Origin: Guillardia theta CCMP2712
Taxonomy: Eukaryota > Protista > Cryptophyta
Length of the DNA stretch: 64,000 nt
NCBI RefSeq assembly: GCF_000315625.1
Contig: NW_005434648.1
Location: 283,561 to 347,560, forward strand
Direction of reading: 5' to 3'
The translations under genes and the position numbers were made by a program. Under the pieces are notes generated by a model that was not told where the DNA came from, ran no database searches, and worked only from the letters and a program-made list of their open reading frames with translations. Shown here in pieces: positions 13,376 to 26,461 of the stretch (position 1 is the first letter of the stretch; each line of letters begins with the position of its first letter).

Positions 13376-14572
13376 ATGCACAAGTGGAAACTGGCCGCCA
13401 TGGCAGCGGTCGCAGCGGCAGCGGCACGGGGCCTCGGGGGAGACATGGCAGGGTGGAGTTCCAAGGGACGATGCGAGGAGTCTCCCCGTCCCGAGCCCTA
13501 CGACCTTGATGTGACCAAGGGCCCTGGGATCGCAGGGCTCCCTAGGTCCACCAAGGGGGCAAGGGACAGGTTTGTTCTGGATGCACAGACATTCCCTGAC
13601 TACCAAGACTTCTCGGATTGGTCGAGCATCCTGAGGTGGAGGAGGAACGTGTCTCCTATCCCCAAGGTCGATCAGACAGCGCTCGACAGCGAGCTCCCAG
13701 TGCGCGAGCCTGACATGGTGGCACTCCTGGCCCCGCCGCAGGACATGATGCAAGTCACATGGATCGGCCATTCCACCGTCCTCGCGCAGTATGACGGGTG
13801 GAACGTCCTGACGGACCCCATCTTCAGTGAGCGATGCTCTCCCTCCCAGTGGGTCGGGCCCAGAAGGTATCGAAGGGTACCCATCCAAATACAGCAACTG
13901 CCCCCGATCCACGTAGTCCTTATCTCTCACAACCACTACGACCATCTCGACCTGCAGTCGGTCAAGGAGCTGTCTCAGCACTCACCCTCCTGTCTCTGGG
14001 TCGTCCCCCTCGGCATGAAGCCTTGGTTCGACGACTTGAGAGTGTCGAGAGTGGTCGAGCTCGACTGGTCGGAGGAGGTGTTTGTACGCGACAGGCTGGA
14101 CCCGGGCAAGCAGGCCCTCCGTCTCGTCTCCATCCCCTGCCAGCACTGGTGCGCAAGAGGCATCTTCGATCGCAACAAGTGCCTCTGGTCCTCCTGGTAC
14201 AGCACGACCAACCGCTCGAGCCTCTTCTTCGCCGGCGACACGGGGTTTAGCCCCATCTTCACCCGAGCTGGGAAGCTGCTGGGGCCTGTGGACGTGGCGC
14301 TGCTTCCCATCGGAGCGTACGGAGGGGAGGACGAGAGCTGGTTCCATCGACCCAACCACATGGAACCGGAGGAAGCAGTGCAGGCGCACGATGACCTCCT
14401 TTCGCGGCTGTCGGTGGCGATCCATTGGGGTACCTTCCAGCTCACGAGCGAGCCTGTCATGCAGCCCAAGGAGCGGCTGATGGCGGCGCTGAGAAGGAGG
14501 GACAAGAGGCAGGACGAGTTCGTGTGTCTCGAACACGGACAGACGATCCGAGCAAGCACGTCAAGCAAGTGA
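13376..14572 (+). CDS. NAPEPLD: N-acyl-phosphatidylethanolamine phospholipase D-like metallo-beta-lactamase-fold hydrolase (intronless)
   Basis: TWIGHSTVL, LTDPIFSERCSP, ISHNHYDHLD, QHWCAR, FFAGDTG, LPIGAY, HMEPEEA, IHWGTF. Confidence 0.92.
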   Translation: MHKWKLAAMAAVAAAAARGLGGDMAGWSSKGRCEESPRPEPYDLDVTKGPGIAGLPRSTKGARDRFVLDAQTFPDYQDFSDWSSILRWRRNVSPIPKVDQTALDSELPVREPDMVALLAPPQDMMQVTWIGHSTVLAQYDGWNVLTDPIFSERCSPSQWVGPRRYRRVPIQIQQLPPIHVVLISHNHYDHLDLQSVKELSQHSPSCLWVVPLGMKPWFDDLRVSRVVELDWSEEVFVRDRLDPGKQALRLVSIPCQHWCARGIFDRNKCLWSSWYSTTNRSSLFFAGDTGFSPIFTRAGKLLGPVDVALLPIGAYGGEDESWFHRPNHMEPEEAVQAHDDLLSRLSVAIHWGTFQLTSEPVMQPKERLMAALRRRDKRQDEFVCLEHGQTIRASTSSK

Positions 14573-14658
14573 ATATGACTGTAACTAAACCAATAAAACC
14601 TCTACACAAAGCCAACCAACCAGCAAACTACATGGGAGCATCCTGCTTCCTCCTTCCC

Positions 14659-17600
14659 CTACTCGCCCGATACCTGGACCATCGCTAGCTTCCGATAAGC
14701 TCCGTCGGGCTTCTGCATGAGCTCGCTGTGTGTCCCAGCCTCCACAATATGTCCGCGCTCGAGCACAACGATCTTGTCGGCGTTGCGGATGGTGGAAAGC
14801 CTGTGGGCGATCACGAGAGTAGTCGGTTTCGAGCTCATCGACTCGGTGCCAGAGGAGCAGATCTTGTCGAGCGCCTCCTGCACCACAGCCTCGCTCTTGG
14901 AGTCAAGCGCTGACGTCGCCTCGTCCAGGAGCATGATGTTTGGCTTCCGAATGACAGCGCGCGCTATTGCCACCCTCTGCTTCTGCCCACCTGACAGCTG
15001 GGAGCCTCTCGACCCGCAGTGAGTGGCAAATGCGTGCTGGAAGCCGGCGATGAAGTCATACGCGTTGGCGTCCTTGGCCGCCTGGACCTCTTCCTCGCTG
15101 GCCTTAGCCCATGTCGATGGATCATGTCTGGTATCGACCTCCTCCGCACTGGCCGCATTCCGGCGGAAGCATGACCTTCTCTGCTCGGCCACGACCTGCC
15201 TGTCAGGAGGTGCTCCGCGATCGGTTTCGGGCTTGACTGTCGATTTCACGCCATAACCGATGTTGTACTGCACGCTGTCGTTGAAGAGCATCGGCTCTTG
15301 CTGGACGAGCCCCATGTTGGATCGAAGCCAAGTCACGTTGAACTCTCGGATGCTCCTACCGTCTATCAAGATATCGCCAGATGACGAGTCGTAGAAGCGC
15401 TGCACAAGCTGAATCACCGTACTCTTCCCGCTTCCTGACTCTCCCACGAGGGCCACCGTCTGCCCGTTTTCAATCTGGAGAGAAAAGTCTTTGAGCACTT
15501 TCAACTCTGGATGCGAAGGATAGCTGAAGGAAACGCCTCGGAACTCTATGTTTCCAGAGATCGGAGCGTCGAGCTTCGTTCCGTTTTCGTCGTCCATGGG
15601 GTCTACGTCCGTTCCTTCATTGGAGCTGTCGATGAGGAAGAAGATGGAGCGCGCTGCCGCCTGAGCTTTGACATTGTCTGGCATAGAGCCTGTGATTCGA
15701 CCGATTCCCTCGCTGGCAACCGTGAAGCCTAAGAAGACACGCATCATCGATTTGAAGTCGAGCTCCCCCCTCTTGATAAACTCTGAGCCTGACCAGAAAG
15801 TCAAGGCATACGCGTTCATCAAGACAAACTGCTTGAAGCCTGCGCCGATGCCCTGAATCATAGCTCGCCGCTTCCCTTCCTCCAATGGTTGGATGAGAGA
15901 ATCGTCAAAGAGTGCCACCATGTCTTGCTGCAGATTGAAAGCGCTGACCGTCCGGATCGCCGTCACCGCGTCCCCCAGGATCTCTCCACCTCGCTCTGTG
16001 GACTTGTTCGCGGTCTTAGTCTGACGGGTGAACCTCTTGAATTCGAAGACTGAGCCGGCAATGAGCAACGGAAAGATAGCCGTCAGAATGAGCGCGAGCC
16101 TCCAGGATGCGGTGTAGCCAATGATCAGCGCAGTTACAAGGGAAGAGAACCCTTCCAGCATCAGCCCTAGAGAATCTCCTGTCGCCCCTTTCACGAGGGT
16201 AGCATCGCTTGCAAGTCGAGTGGTGAGCCTACCGACGGAGTTCTTGGGGTCGTCGAAGAAGGACATGGTCTGCCGGAGAGTAGATTGGAAGGATAGGAAG
16301 CGAAGCTTTCTTGTCAGCTGCTCTCCAAGACCCACAAAGATGGCAATCCTCGTCAAGGCAGCAAGCAGAGCACAAGAACCCAACAAGAAGAAATATCCAA
16401 CATAATTGTTGATCCCGGCCCGCAATGCATTATCATCGGGATTGAAGTACGTGTAAATGATGGATGAATACAACAAGGCAAAGATGGGCTGAATGGTTCC
16501 ACTAGTAAGTGACCCAAGGCAGCCAATCACGATCAACGGCAAGTTATCCTTCTGCAGGTCCCATATGCGCGATAGAGGGACAGGAGGTAGCTCCTTTGCT
16601 TCCTCTAGAAGAAGTTGCTCACTGTTCAACTTCGCATCCTTCCCTTCTTTCTTCGTCTTCTTGCCATCGGACTTCTCATTCTCTCCTTCCGACTGCGTCC
16701 GTTTCAGGTCATCGGATCCATCCAGCGCAGATTCGACATGAGCTTTCTGCTCCTGGTGCGCCAGATCTTGTATGGCTCTCATTGCTTTGTACAGACCTTC
16801 CCCTTTTGCCATCAGTTGAGTGTGAGTTCCCATCTCAACGATTTTCCCCTTTTCCAACACAACAATCTTTTCGCAATTGGTCACAGTTGAGAGCCTGTGC
16901 GCAATCATGATAGTTGTGCATCTATGGTTCTGATCCTTGTACAGAAGGTCATCTAGAGATTCCTGGACAATCCTTTCACTCTCCGAGTCTAAAGCCGAGG
17001 TTGCTTCATCTAGCAGCAGAATCTTCGGATCCTTTACGATTGCTCTTGCTATGCAGATTCGTTGCTTCTGTCCACCGGAGAGCATTACAGATGAGACAGA
17101 GGTGCCAGCCAGAGTATGATATCCCTCAGCAAGTTTGCAAATGAAATTGTGAGCGTTTGCAGCTTTTGCTGCCTGAATACATGCATCTTCGATCTTCCCT
17201 TCAATTTTTCTCGTCAGAACATCTCCCTGACGAAATTGTGGGGCGCCCATAGCAATGTTTTCAATTACTGATGCACCGAACAATTGCGGCTCCTGTTGCA
17301 CAAGGCCAATTTGATCTCTCAAATTCGTCAAATTCCAATCCTTCACTTCCACTCCATCAATCAACACACTTCCTTCTACAAGGTCATAGAATCTCTCAAG
17401 AAGCCCGATGATCGTACTCTTGCCTGACCCAGAGGGTCCAACCAGAGCCACAGTTTCTCCCGGCTCGATTGTAAGGCTGAAATCTTTCAACACCACTTGA
17501 TCCGGCCTTGACGGATAAGCAAACGTACAATTCTTGAATTCAATCTTTCCCTTGATTGTGTCTTTGTGCCCTCCTTCTGAAAAGGAGTCCACGGTAGGAA

Positions 17601-19017
17601 CCGTGTCAATAATTTCATAGATTTCTGCTGCAGCCTGCCGAGCTGCAACAACATTACCGAACGCAGGACCGACGGCACCAAGGGTCACAGAAGCCAGCAA
17701 CACTGTAGAAGGAATCAGCACGAGTCACATGCAAACAAGAGAAAGAATACCAGCAACTATGGTTTGCACGATCTTGCCTCCAGTGAAGCATTCCGAATTG
17801 GTAGCTTGAGCGGGATCTCTGCAGAAAGGATGCGCTTCTCTGCTTTGTAGGATGAACTGACCGCCCGCGTACGTGCTCAAAGCGTACATAGCATACATCG
17901 AGAAAAGCATAAGACCGACGGCAAACCCAGTTCCATAGCCTTTTTTCTTCCCTTGCTTCTCAGCATCAGCCAAGAACTTGTCATATCTTGAAACTTCATG
18001 CCTTTCGCCCGAGAACGCTGTCACTGTACGGATCATAGCGTACACTTCTGAGGCCACATCGCCAGCTCTGGCGTATGCCTTCTGCGAAGCTGCCTCTCCT
18101 GTACTCACACTGGCAACCAAGATACCAATCGCAATCGCAAAAAACGGTGCGCAAGCCATCATCACCAGCGTCAACTTCCAAGACGTGTAAAACCCGATCG
18201 AGAATCCTACGATCAATGTACAAAAAGACCTCGCCACTTGCGGAAACTTTTCCAATCCGGCAGACAAAGCAAGAGTAGTCTCAGCTAGTTTGGAAGTAGC
18301 CTCACCCCCCCTGTGCGTATCATAAAACCCAATATCCTGACGAAGCAGAGACCGCATGTACTCGTGCCTCACTCGCATCAAGATGTGTTCTGAAACAAAA
18401 ACAGAGCCATAGTTCTCAACGAAACTACCCAGACCAGAGATGCACGCGATTCCCACAAAGAATAGACATAATTGCTGAATTTGATTTGCTTGCTCCACAA
18501 GGCTTGAGCTGCCACCAAGCTATGGAATGAGAAAGGAAGGGAGAGAAAGAAAATGTCAGGAAGAATCACATAAGCAATCGAAAACAAGATAACTCACAAT
18601 ATTGATCAAACGACCGTAGAGCAATGAAAATGACGGCAATGCACTGCCGACAACCACTGAACAAAAACATGAGAAACCGTAGATAATCCTCTCTGTTGTA
18701 GTAGCATATCGCCACAGCTGAGAGAAACTGACCATCTTCTTTGCCTTCTTCCCTTCATCTTCCTTGGTGTCAGATGTACTTTTAGACTCAGCATCTGGGT
18801 CTGACACGCTGCCCTTCCTTGCATCGACTGCGTCGGATTCGTGATCAAGGGTATACACCTTGGTCATCTCAAGTTCGTTTTCGAAGCTTTTCTTTGAGTG
18901 ACCGTTTAAATACCCATTGAAGTGACCGTTCGGTATGTCTTCACCACGAGAATTGCCATTCACAGCAACGACGAAATCAGATTGCACAGTTTTGCAGTCA
19001 CTTCCATTCCCTCGCAT
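14659..19017 (-). CDS. full-length ABCB (MDR/P-glycoprotein) transporter, TMD-NBD-TMD-NBD
   Basis: Two Walker A motifs (GPSGSGKST, GESGSGKST), two LSGGQKQR signatures and LLDEATSALD. Three ORFs joined by short introns near 18540-18596 and 17703-17750. Confidence 0.95.
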
Positions 19018-21499
19018 GTTTCACAGGAAACCCCGATGCCCAACCATAAGTCTGCTGTCCTTGGGGTGGAAACAAGCAATCGATTCTAGATAAAAACCAA
19101 ACACTGACTCTTGAGAATTTCTCCACCTTAATCGAGGTTCAAGCAAACCGATAGGTAGGGAAGGATAAGACTTAAGTTTCTGACGCCCGATGTAACACCT
19201 CCGACCCCAATCAGCCGACAAGTTCTCGATCCCCGCTCAAAGACGAGAGAACAACCAGAAGGCTCAGCGATGGGCAGTCAGATTTGAGGAGGAAGGACCC
19301 ACGTGGGGATGAAGAGCAAGGAGAGGAACCCCTTGGGGGTGAGTAGCGGAGCAGGTCCGGTCTGGCAGGGTTGAAAGGCTTGAAGCTGACAGGGTGAGTG
19401 TACGAGCAGGTTGAACTAGGATAACAGGGGTGGTAAGTGTATTTCATGGGGTGGATCGCGTTCAAATTAGGGGTGGTCATCTGGTCTTTGATAAGGTGGG
19501 GTGCGAAGGGGGTAGGGTGGTGTAATTTTAACAAGGGGTAGTTGGTGGATCAAGGGACCAGTTGAAGATATTATGGGGACGTGCAGGACAAAAATAAGGG
19601 GCATGGACCCCACCTTCTCCCTTGTGAGTATATCCTCTTCTAAAGGGTAGGGTAGTACACCGGAACTCCGAAGGATTTGTTGGGTGGGGTAGTTCAGAAA
19701 ATTGCAGGGTGGGGGGTGACAGGGTAGTGTTTTGATGCCTCCACAAAGTGTTTAAATAAAATGTTATATAAGTAAATATTTATTTTTTGTTCATATCCAT
19801 CGTGGAATTTCTACACTGATGTGATAGAATCTGGTACAACATAAATGTATTTATAGAATGAATTGTTGCATCAACAATTTTGTGCAGGAAGGTTAGCAAT
19901 TTGTCGTGAGGGTGGGGTATTTCTTTCGACAATCAAAGGGGGTGGGGGGGGCGCTTGATGTTTCCTGGTTGGTCTAGTGGGGTGGGGTGGGTAGTCTTGT
20001 TTGGTTTGTGTGATGTGTTGTTGTAAAATTGGTACTTCCTTTCGCATGTGCCGAGGCTCGTAAAAGATTGGATTATTGAACTACTGGTTTGTGGGTAGGG
20101 GTGGTTCACATGAAGATCTGGCTCAGGTGGGGTGTATGACACCACAATCGGAAGGAGGGGGTAGGGGAGACGAGACACCCAGGGCTTGGTGTAAGTTAGT
20201 TTAGGATATACATAAAGGTAAAAGGCCAAGGGCCTGGGGGTTGCAAAGGTGGGGACGCGTGGGGGGACGTGAGTTCGAGAACCCTCGAGCGATCGGAGGG
20301 GTGGGGTATTTTCCTTCCGGGGGTGGTCATTGGTCAAGCTTTGATGACAGAGTCACGTCTGTTGTCATGTATCAAAGAGTCTTTGCAAATTTCAACATCA
20401 CTGAGTAAATTTCAAACATGATTGAAATGAAAGGTATTCTCATTCCAACTGTTCCCCCAAAGGAGAGCATTTCGAAGACATCCGAACTCTCGTCACGGGG
20501 ATTTGCCATGGCTGGGACTGAAAGGGCGTACGAGTCCAAGGGGTGATATTGACTGAATGTGCATGGGTAGGGGTGGTCATTCTCCGTCTCGGCTCGTGAT
20601 CTATGTGCGTGACAGGAGCAAAAAATGCACCATGACTGACCCTTGTCCCCCTGTCCGCGAAACCCCTTAATAAGCATCGCTGCCCTTGTAGCATGCAAGA
20701 AATCTTCTTGATGAAACTATGTTTATCTTTTCTGTCCTTTGAAAAGGCACTAATAATAAGCGAGGCGGACTTTTGAAATCTTTTCAAGCCCCACCCCACC
20801 CCACCGTCTGATACCAAGTGTGTATCTCGGATTTGGCCGAACTTGAGTATGTCACGGGACAGACTGTTCTCATGTAAAAATTCTACTTTTGACCATGGCA
20901 GTCTCAGATGGCAGACTCTCGATGGGAGGCTGGTCTGAGGGTGGATGAGAGAAAATGCGACGCCATAAAGATTACCTGAGGTGGATGGAGGAATCAGCAA
21001 CCCAACATGGGAACACTGAGTGTGAAATGTCAGGAGACGGGCATAGAATGTTGCAGTGTAGAACATGAAGGAGATACACATGTTACCTTTATGCAACGGT
21101 TGATGCAACGGTTGATCTGTATTCTATGTTGTTTAATGCGATAGTGTAGGGAACAGTGACCTGCTTTATCTTAACCAATTGCGAAAGCTCAGGTTGAGGT
21201 GCACCAAGGAAAGCAAAGGCACACTTTGCTTCGTGTTGCTGCTGCTCTTGGTCATCTCAGTAGACATGTCACTAAAATTGTGCGGTTGTTTGAATGAAAG
21301 AGATTGTCCTTTGTGCGTGAAAGTGAATCTCAAGACCCTTGGCATGCATTCGAATGACTTCTGAATCAAGAAAAGATGAGGCGTGATAGACTTTCCGAGA
21401 GTCTGGTTACACTGAATGGGGAGATGTCCTCGAGCGCACAGGAGATAGGAGAGCCAAGTTGTAAAAAAATCAAGAGAGTGTCGCCTTGCTTTTGGTCAA

Positions 21500-24322
21500 C
21501 TGTCATGAATCACGATTGAATGTCTGATTCTGGGTTGTACATGAGAGGCCATTTCAATGGAGAGCAGGTAGAATGTCGAGAGGCGGTTGGCAGCGTTTTG
21601 AGACCCAAAGAGGAGTCTCGCGCATGTATCCGTTGGCAACGTCAACTTCCTGGTTGGTTGTAGAGACTCACAGGCCGATTGCAGCAAATCGAAACTAGGA
21701 ATACCTCATGCTGTCCAAACTGATCCTCTTCAAGATACGCATACATTCTCCTGGGGATGCAAAGATGACCAACAGAGAGCAGAGCAGCTTTGCTCACCAG
21801 GAGTTGTGGCACCGGATCTGCTCCCTTGCCAGGAGAATGCTGTAGCGGAGGTAAGGAAAAGAGATATTGATCTCAAGTTGAACCTCAAAGCTGCTTGTTC
21901 GAACCGATGGGTCGATTGGGAGGCTCCTTCAGGAGCAATACATGATCTTCTGCTCGCACACGCGACAAGAGGATGCAAAACCTGCCGTTGTACCTTTAGA
22001 AGGTTCAAGAGTGGGCATGACGAGAAGGAATCATAGCTGAGTGAGGAGCAAATGAAGACTGGTTCGCGAATAGGTGTTTCAGGTGGATGTTGTCTGAATC
22101 GGCTCACATTTTGAACTGCAATGCTTGAGTTTGACATCCCGAGGATGCCAGCAGCGCACATGTCATACCCTTTGACAGATTCCTAAAGGCAGAGATTATT
22201 CTTGCATGCATGCAATTGAATGTTTGCCAAGCCTGGGATATGTTCATCTCGCCAAACATCTTTGGATGGACCTGATGGCTAGGCGGTCACATGAAGAAGT
22301 AGATTTGATGAAGCTTACAAAGTTCGGCAAAGCTCTTTCTTGCTGGATGGTGAAGAAATATCCATCTCTCTGAATGAGACTCCATGCCAAATCGATCGGC
22401 TGCCCCAGCTCTCATCAGGAGAACAACCAGCATGAAACTGAGAGGCAACCTGCTGGACAACTTGACCAGCATCCTGGAAGATGACCTTCAAACAATGAGT
22501 GAGTGAGTCTTAAGTCGAGCACAAATCGATGCGGACAGTACATTCTCCACTCGTTGCAATGCATCCGAGAGAACAAAAGGTTTCCACGCCTTCCATCGTT
22601 TGTTCTGCACATGAGCTCCCAACTTGTCCCATTGTAAACCCATCAGCTCTACATTCTCTGACATCCACATCTCATTCTCTCAGTACAAAGAGGTCAATGT
22701 CACGCACTCCACGCGAAGGAATTTTCCCTTTCCATATCGTTTAGTCCAAGATCATACAGAAAAATCTGTGCCCTTGTCAACTGCATGCTCGGTACACGCT
22801 ATCTATTCGACTTCACCTTCACCCGCGGATGATGCCTGTGGACTGATCCGACGAAGTTGGAAACACAGCCGAAATACAAAGAATTGGCTGCAGTGACAAT
22901 TGCCACCTTCTCCGAGGCTGTACTGAATGATTGACATGGAGAAGGATGCACTCAAACATAACAAGACCTAGATTGTCGATTGAGCGGTTTGGCAAGGTTC
23001 TCCCTTTCAGCAATGATCTTTCTGCCTCGTTCAACACGACCCCTAATTGTCAATCGCCATCTCGGTCATTTCAAACATCACAAACCAATCAGCAAGTATT
23101 AACCATGTTCGATCAGTCCCAATAATTGTGGCGCAATCCACAAATCCTTTCTATCCATTCGCCTTACACCAAAGTAAGGTCGATACCCACCTCGCAAGAC
23201 AACTGTACATTGCTGCCTTTAACGACCGATGAGCCAGATCTATGCTTCCTACTTTTCGCATTACATATGCAATGTGAGAAAAGATCCCAGGCTATCAGAA
23301 TTACGGTTTAGATAAACACTTCAACCCCAAAAGTTTTCTCTACCAATGAATGGTCCACCAAACAGGCAAGCTTGAACGCACGCAGTGCCTCATTCCATCT
23401 TTTCAGCTGCAAAAGAACTTTCCCTTCACCTCCAAAGTCAAGGAATCCAGCTCTTCTCCTTAGTAATTTCTACCTCGCCTGTACTCCGTCGCAGGATGCC
23501 CCGAAAACAACGGAGCTTGAAGCACGCTGAGAGCTTCTTGAAGCTACAGCACGGGTCAAGAGTGGATTCAACCCAAAAAAGGAGAAGTCCTACCCTCCCT
23601 TCAGCTTCTGCCTGAAACGATCGACGAATGACGGATTCAACCTGTTGCATCACAAGTTCCTGCAGTATGATCTCAGCCAGCTATCTGAGCCGCGACATCT
23701 CACCTCATGACTCTCGGTTGTCGATATCAATGGATACATGCAGAGCAGAAGCACTGCTAGTAAAGACGGAGATTGCGAGCCCATGTTCGTTTTCGTTTTG
23801 TTCTGTCTTCCCGGACAGCGGTCAGTGCCACCCTCACGACAAACTTCCAACAAACGAAACAGTTTCAGGCGGGATGGGAATGCCGGAGAGCAGCAGAAAA
23901 GAAGTCAGCTCACGGCACCCTCGGCTCAGCACCGGCATCGTCTTTCATCGAATCTTCTGCAACTTGTGATATCCCCCGCTAATGGATGCTCCTCTCCTAC
24001 CACCGCGACCCTGCCATGGTGCCATACAGATGCGATCCTGGTTCTGATCAATTTTTTTGTAACGACTTTTAACGATACATAACGTCACAATGAAACGGCC
24101 CGTGGAAGATGAGGAGTATGAGGGCGATGCAAGGCTATCCGTACCTTGTGCCCAAAATAGGCGCAGCCCTGTAGGTCCTGATACCGCTGCCGCAATGTTC
24201 GCGCTCCTGAGAGAGGCCGGCGAGGCGAAGACGCAATCCCTGGTGAGGTTTCGATGCCAACCCCTTGTAGGTCTCGGACCGTGCTCTACCGCATCATTAC
24301 TCACTGCGGCCCACTGGCCCAT
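21500..24322 (-). CDS. possible hypothetical multi-exon gene (unresolved)
   Basis: Scattered short minus-strand ORFs with intron-like breaks; no coherent model or family established. Confidence 0.25.
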
Positions 24323-26461
24323 GCCGCCGTAGTCACCTCATAAGTGTCGGATCGGACCTTATGTTCTAGTAGGCTAGTTCTATGCCCTTTTCTCTCTTAT
24401 CTCAGCACTCAGTGATTGTTGAGAGCTTGAACATCTTTTTCATTCGAGTGGGGTGACACCTGCCTTCTGCATCTGAAAGAGACTGATGAGATACAGCCAT
24501 GCATGTTGCTTTGATCTGTTACATCTCTGCCAGTCATCCGGGCCAATGTCATCATGGCAACCTTTGAACAGTTTTCCTCTCTCTCCTCCCCGAGTCGGGT
24601 CCTCTCATGTTCTCTCCTCTGCCCCCCCCCTCCCCCCAACATTTCTTCCTTGTATTTGTTTTGGTATCCGTTGTATATTGGATTCAATGTTCAGTGATCA
24701 TCGGATTGCATGTTAGATCTTTCTCAAAGAGGTGTGGATTGTAGGACTACATGCTTTGTGAGAATGCTGGCTTTTGAATACGGAGTGACGAATATCTACA
24801 ACGCAGTGCTTCGGCAGTGGATGCTATGCCCCAAATAACCATCAATGGTGATCCTTTCCTTTGTTAAGTGACATGGATGCGTAACTGTTTATTGACACAG
24901 GTACAAGTACAACTGGTATAAGTACGCTGGTCCTGGATCCAACCCAACACCAACCATTCCAGCCGCCAACAGCCAGAGACAGTAAAGATCTTTATCAGCC
25001 TGAATAAAGCTTTAGCTTCGTAAAATCTCATCAAACGAAAAGGAAACCTCTACTCTGCTCTCTCAAGTGAGATACGAATTGGACCCCGTTTCAAGTGAAC
25101 CCGTCTTTTCATCATGTATTCAGTGAGTTCAACGAGAAAACTTCTTGCGTACAAGTGTAGAAGTTGTGATTTAAGGCCCACTCGAATCCTGTCCAAAAAA
25201 AAAAAAAAAATTTCGCGTGTTCTTTCTCTCGACATGTTAAAAATTTGCTTGTAATATCAACATTCAAAGCTTTTCAGAATCATGACAAGTAATCCGTTTG
25301 GAAGACTGAGAAAAATAAAAAGAAAATCATCCGCGAATGTGCTATAATAGTGCGAGATGTCAGAGAAACATACCAACTTGCCAGATGTGTTGTTTGATTC
25401 TGGGGAGTGTCAACACCAGACATCCAAAGTCAAGATTGTTCCTTGTTAACAAAGCAGGCTGGTCGCATTAGAGGTCTATAGAATTTGTCGCTACGAATCT
25501 TCAAATTCCACTTTCCTGATTTCATCACAAAATTCTCTAAAGATTGGTCCCATGAATGCTTGTAGAGCATCAATCATCGTGTTCGACCAAGGCAGATCTC
25601 TCCAAAAGTTGGCCTGCATTATTGCCGCGACTGAATTTGTCTGATTTCTCGCCAAATTGCTGGAACTTGGCAGGAAATTGCAAAAAGAGGTGTAGTGTGA
25701 ATTCAAAAAGCCAGAGAGCCTCCGAGAGCAAGACCATGCGGCACCTTTCAGTTGAAGGAAATATTGTACCAACAAGATTTTGGCATGAGAATCTTATTAG
25801 CAGATGAAACATTGCCCTCCTTTCAACTCAGTAGCCCAAATCTCTCATTCCAGGTAGATTCATTCGATAATCGATCTAAGAGGAATCCTTCACCGGACCC
25901 GCCGTCTTTATAGCTATAGGATCTTGAATCAAGCTGAGCGCTGGAGATCTTGTTTCACAACACTTCAACAGCTACTTCAAGTCCTCTCCATGTCACAATA
26001 GATGCTGAACTCTCCTCGCTGCATCTAGCTCACCCCGATCGCTCCCGACAAACACGACAAAGTTGATGTTAACCAGAGTAGCCGGTGAACCATGATTCAT
26101 TCTAGAAGACCTTGTCCAAATTTGAAAACTACAGACTATCAAATGAAATTTACAACAATTTGAAATTGTTGACGATTGTTCGCTGCGCTTGAAGAGTTTT
26201 TCTACAAATTTTCAACATCTGATTAACATTTTGAAATGTCATTCCCCTGGTACTCATGTTGACTAGGGGTCCTTTTGAAAGTAGGGGTTCTATGAGCCTT
26301 ACGGGGGTAGTTTCATAAGGAACTATGTAGCTGCCTCTGGGGTAGGGTGATAATATATGAGCAAGGGGTAGTGGAGAAGGTTTCCAGCATGGAGGGGTGG
26401 GGTACGTGTACTACTAAGTTGTCCCTTGAGAGCGCCTCTTCGTATCGCAGCTAGGTAAACC

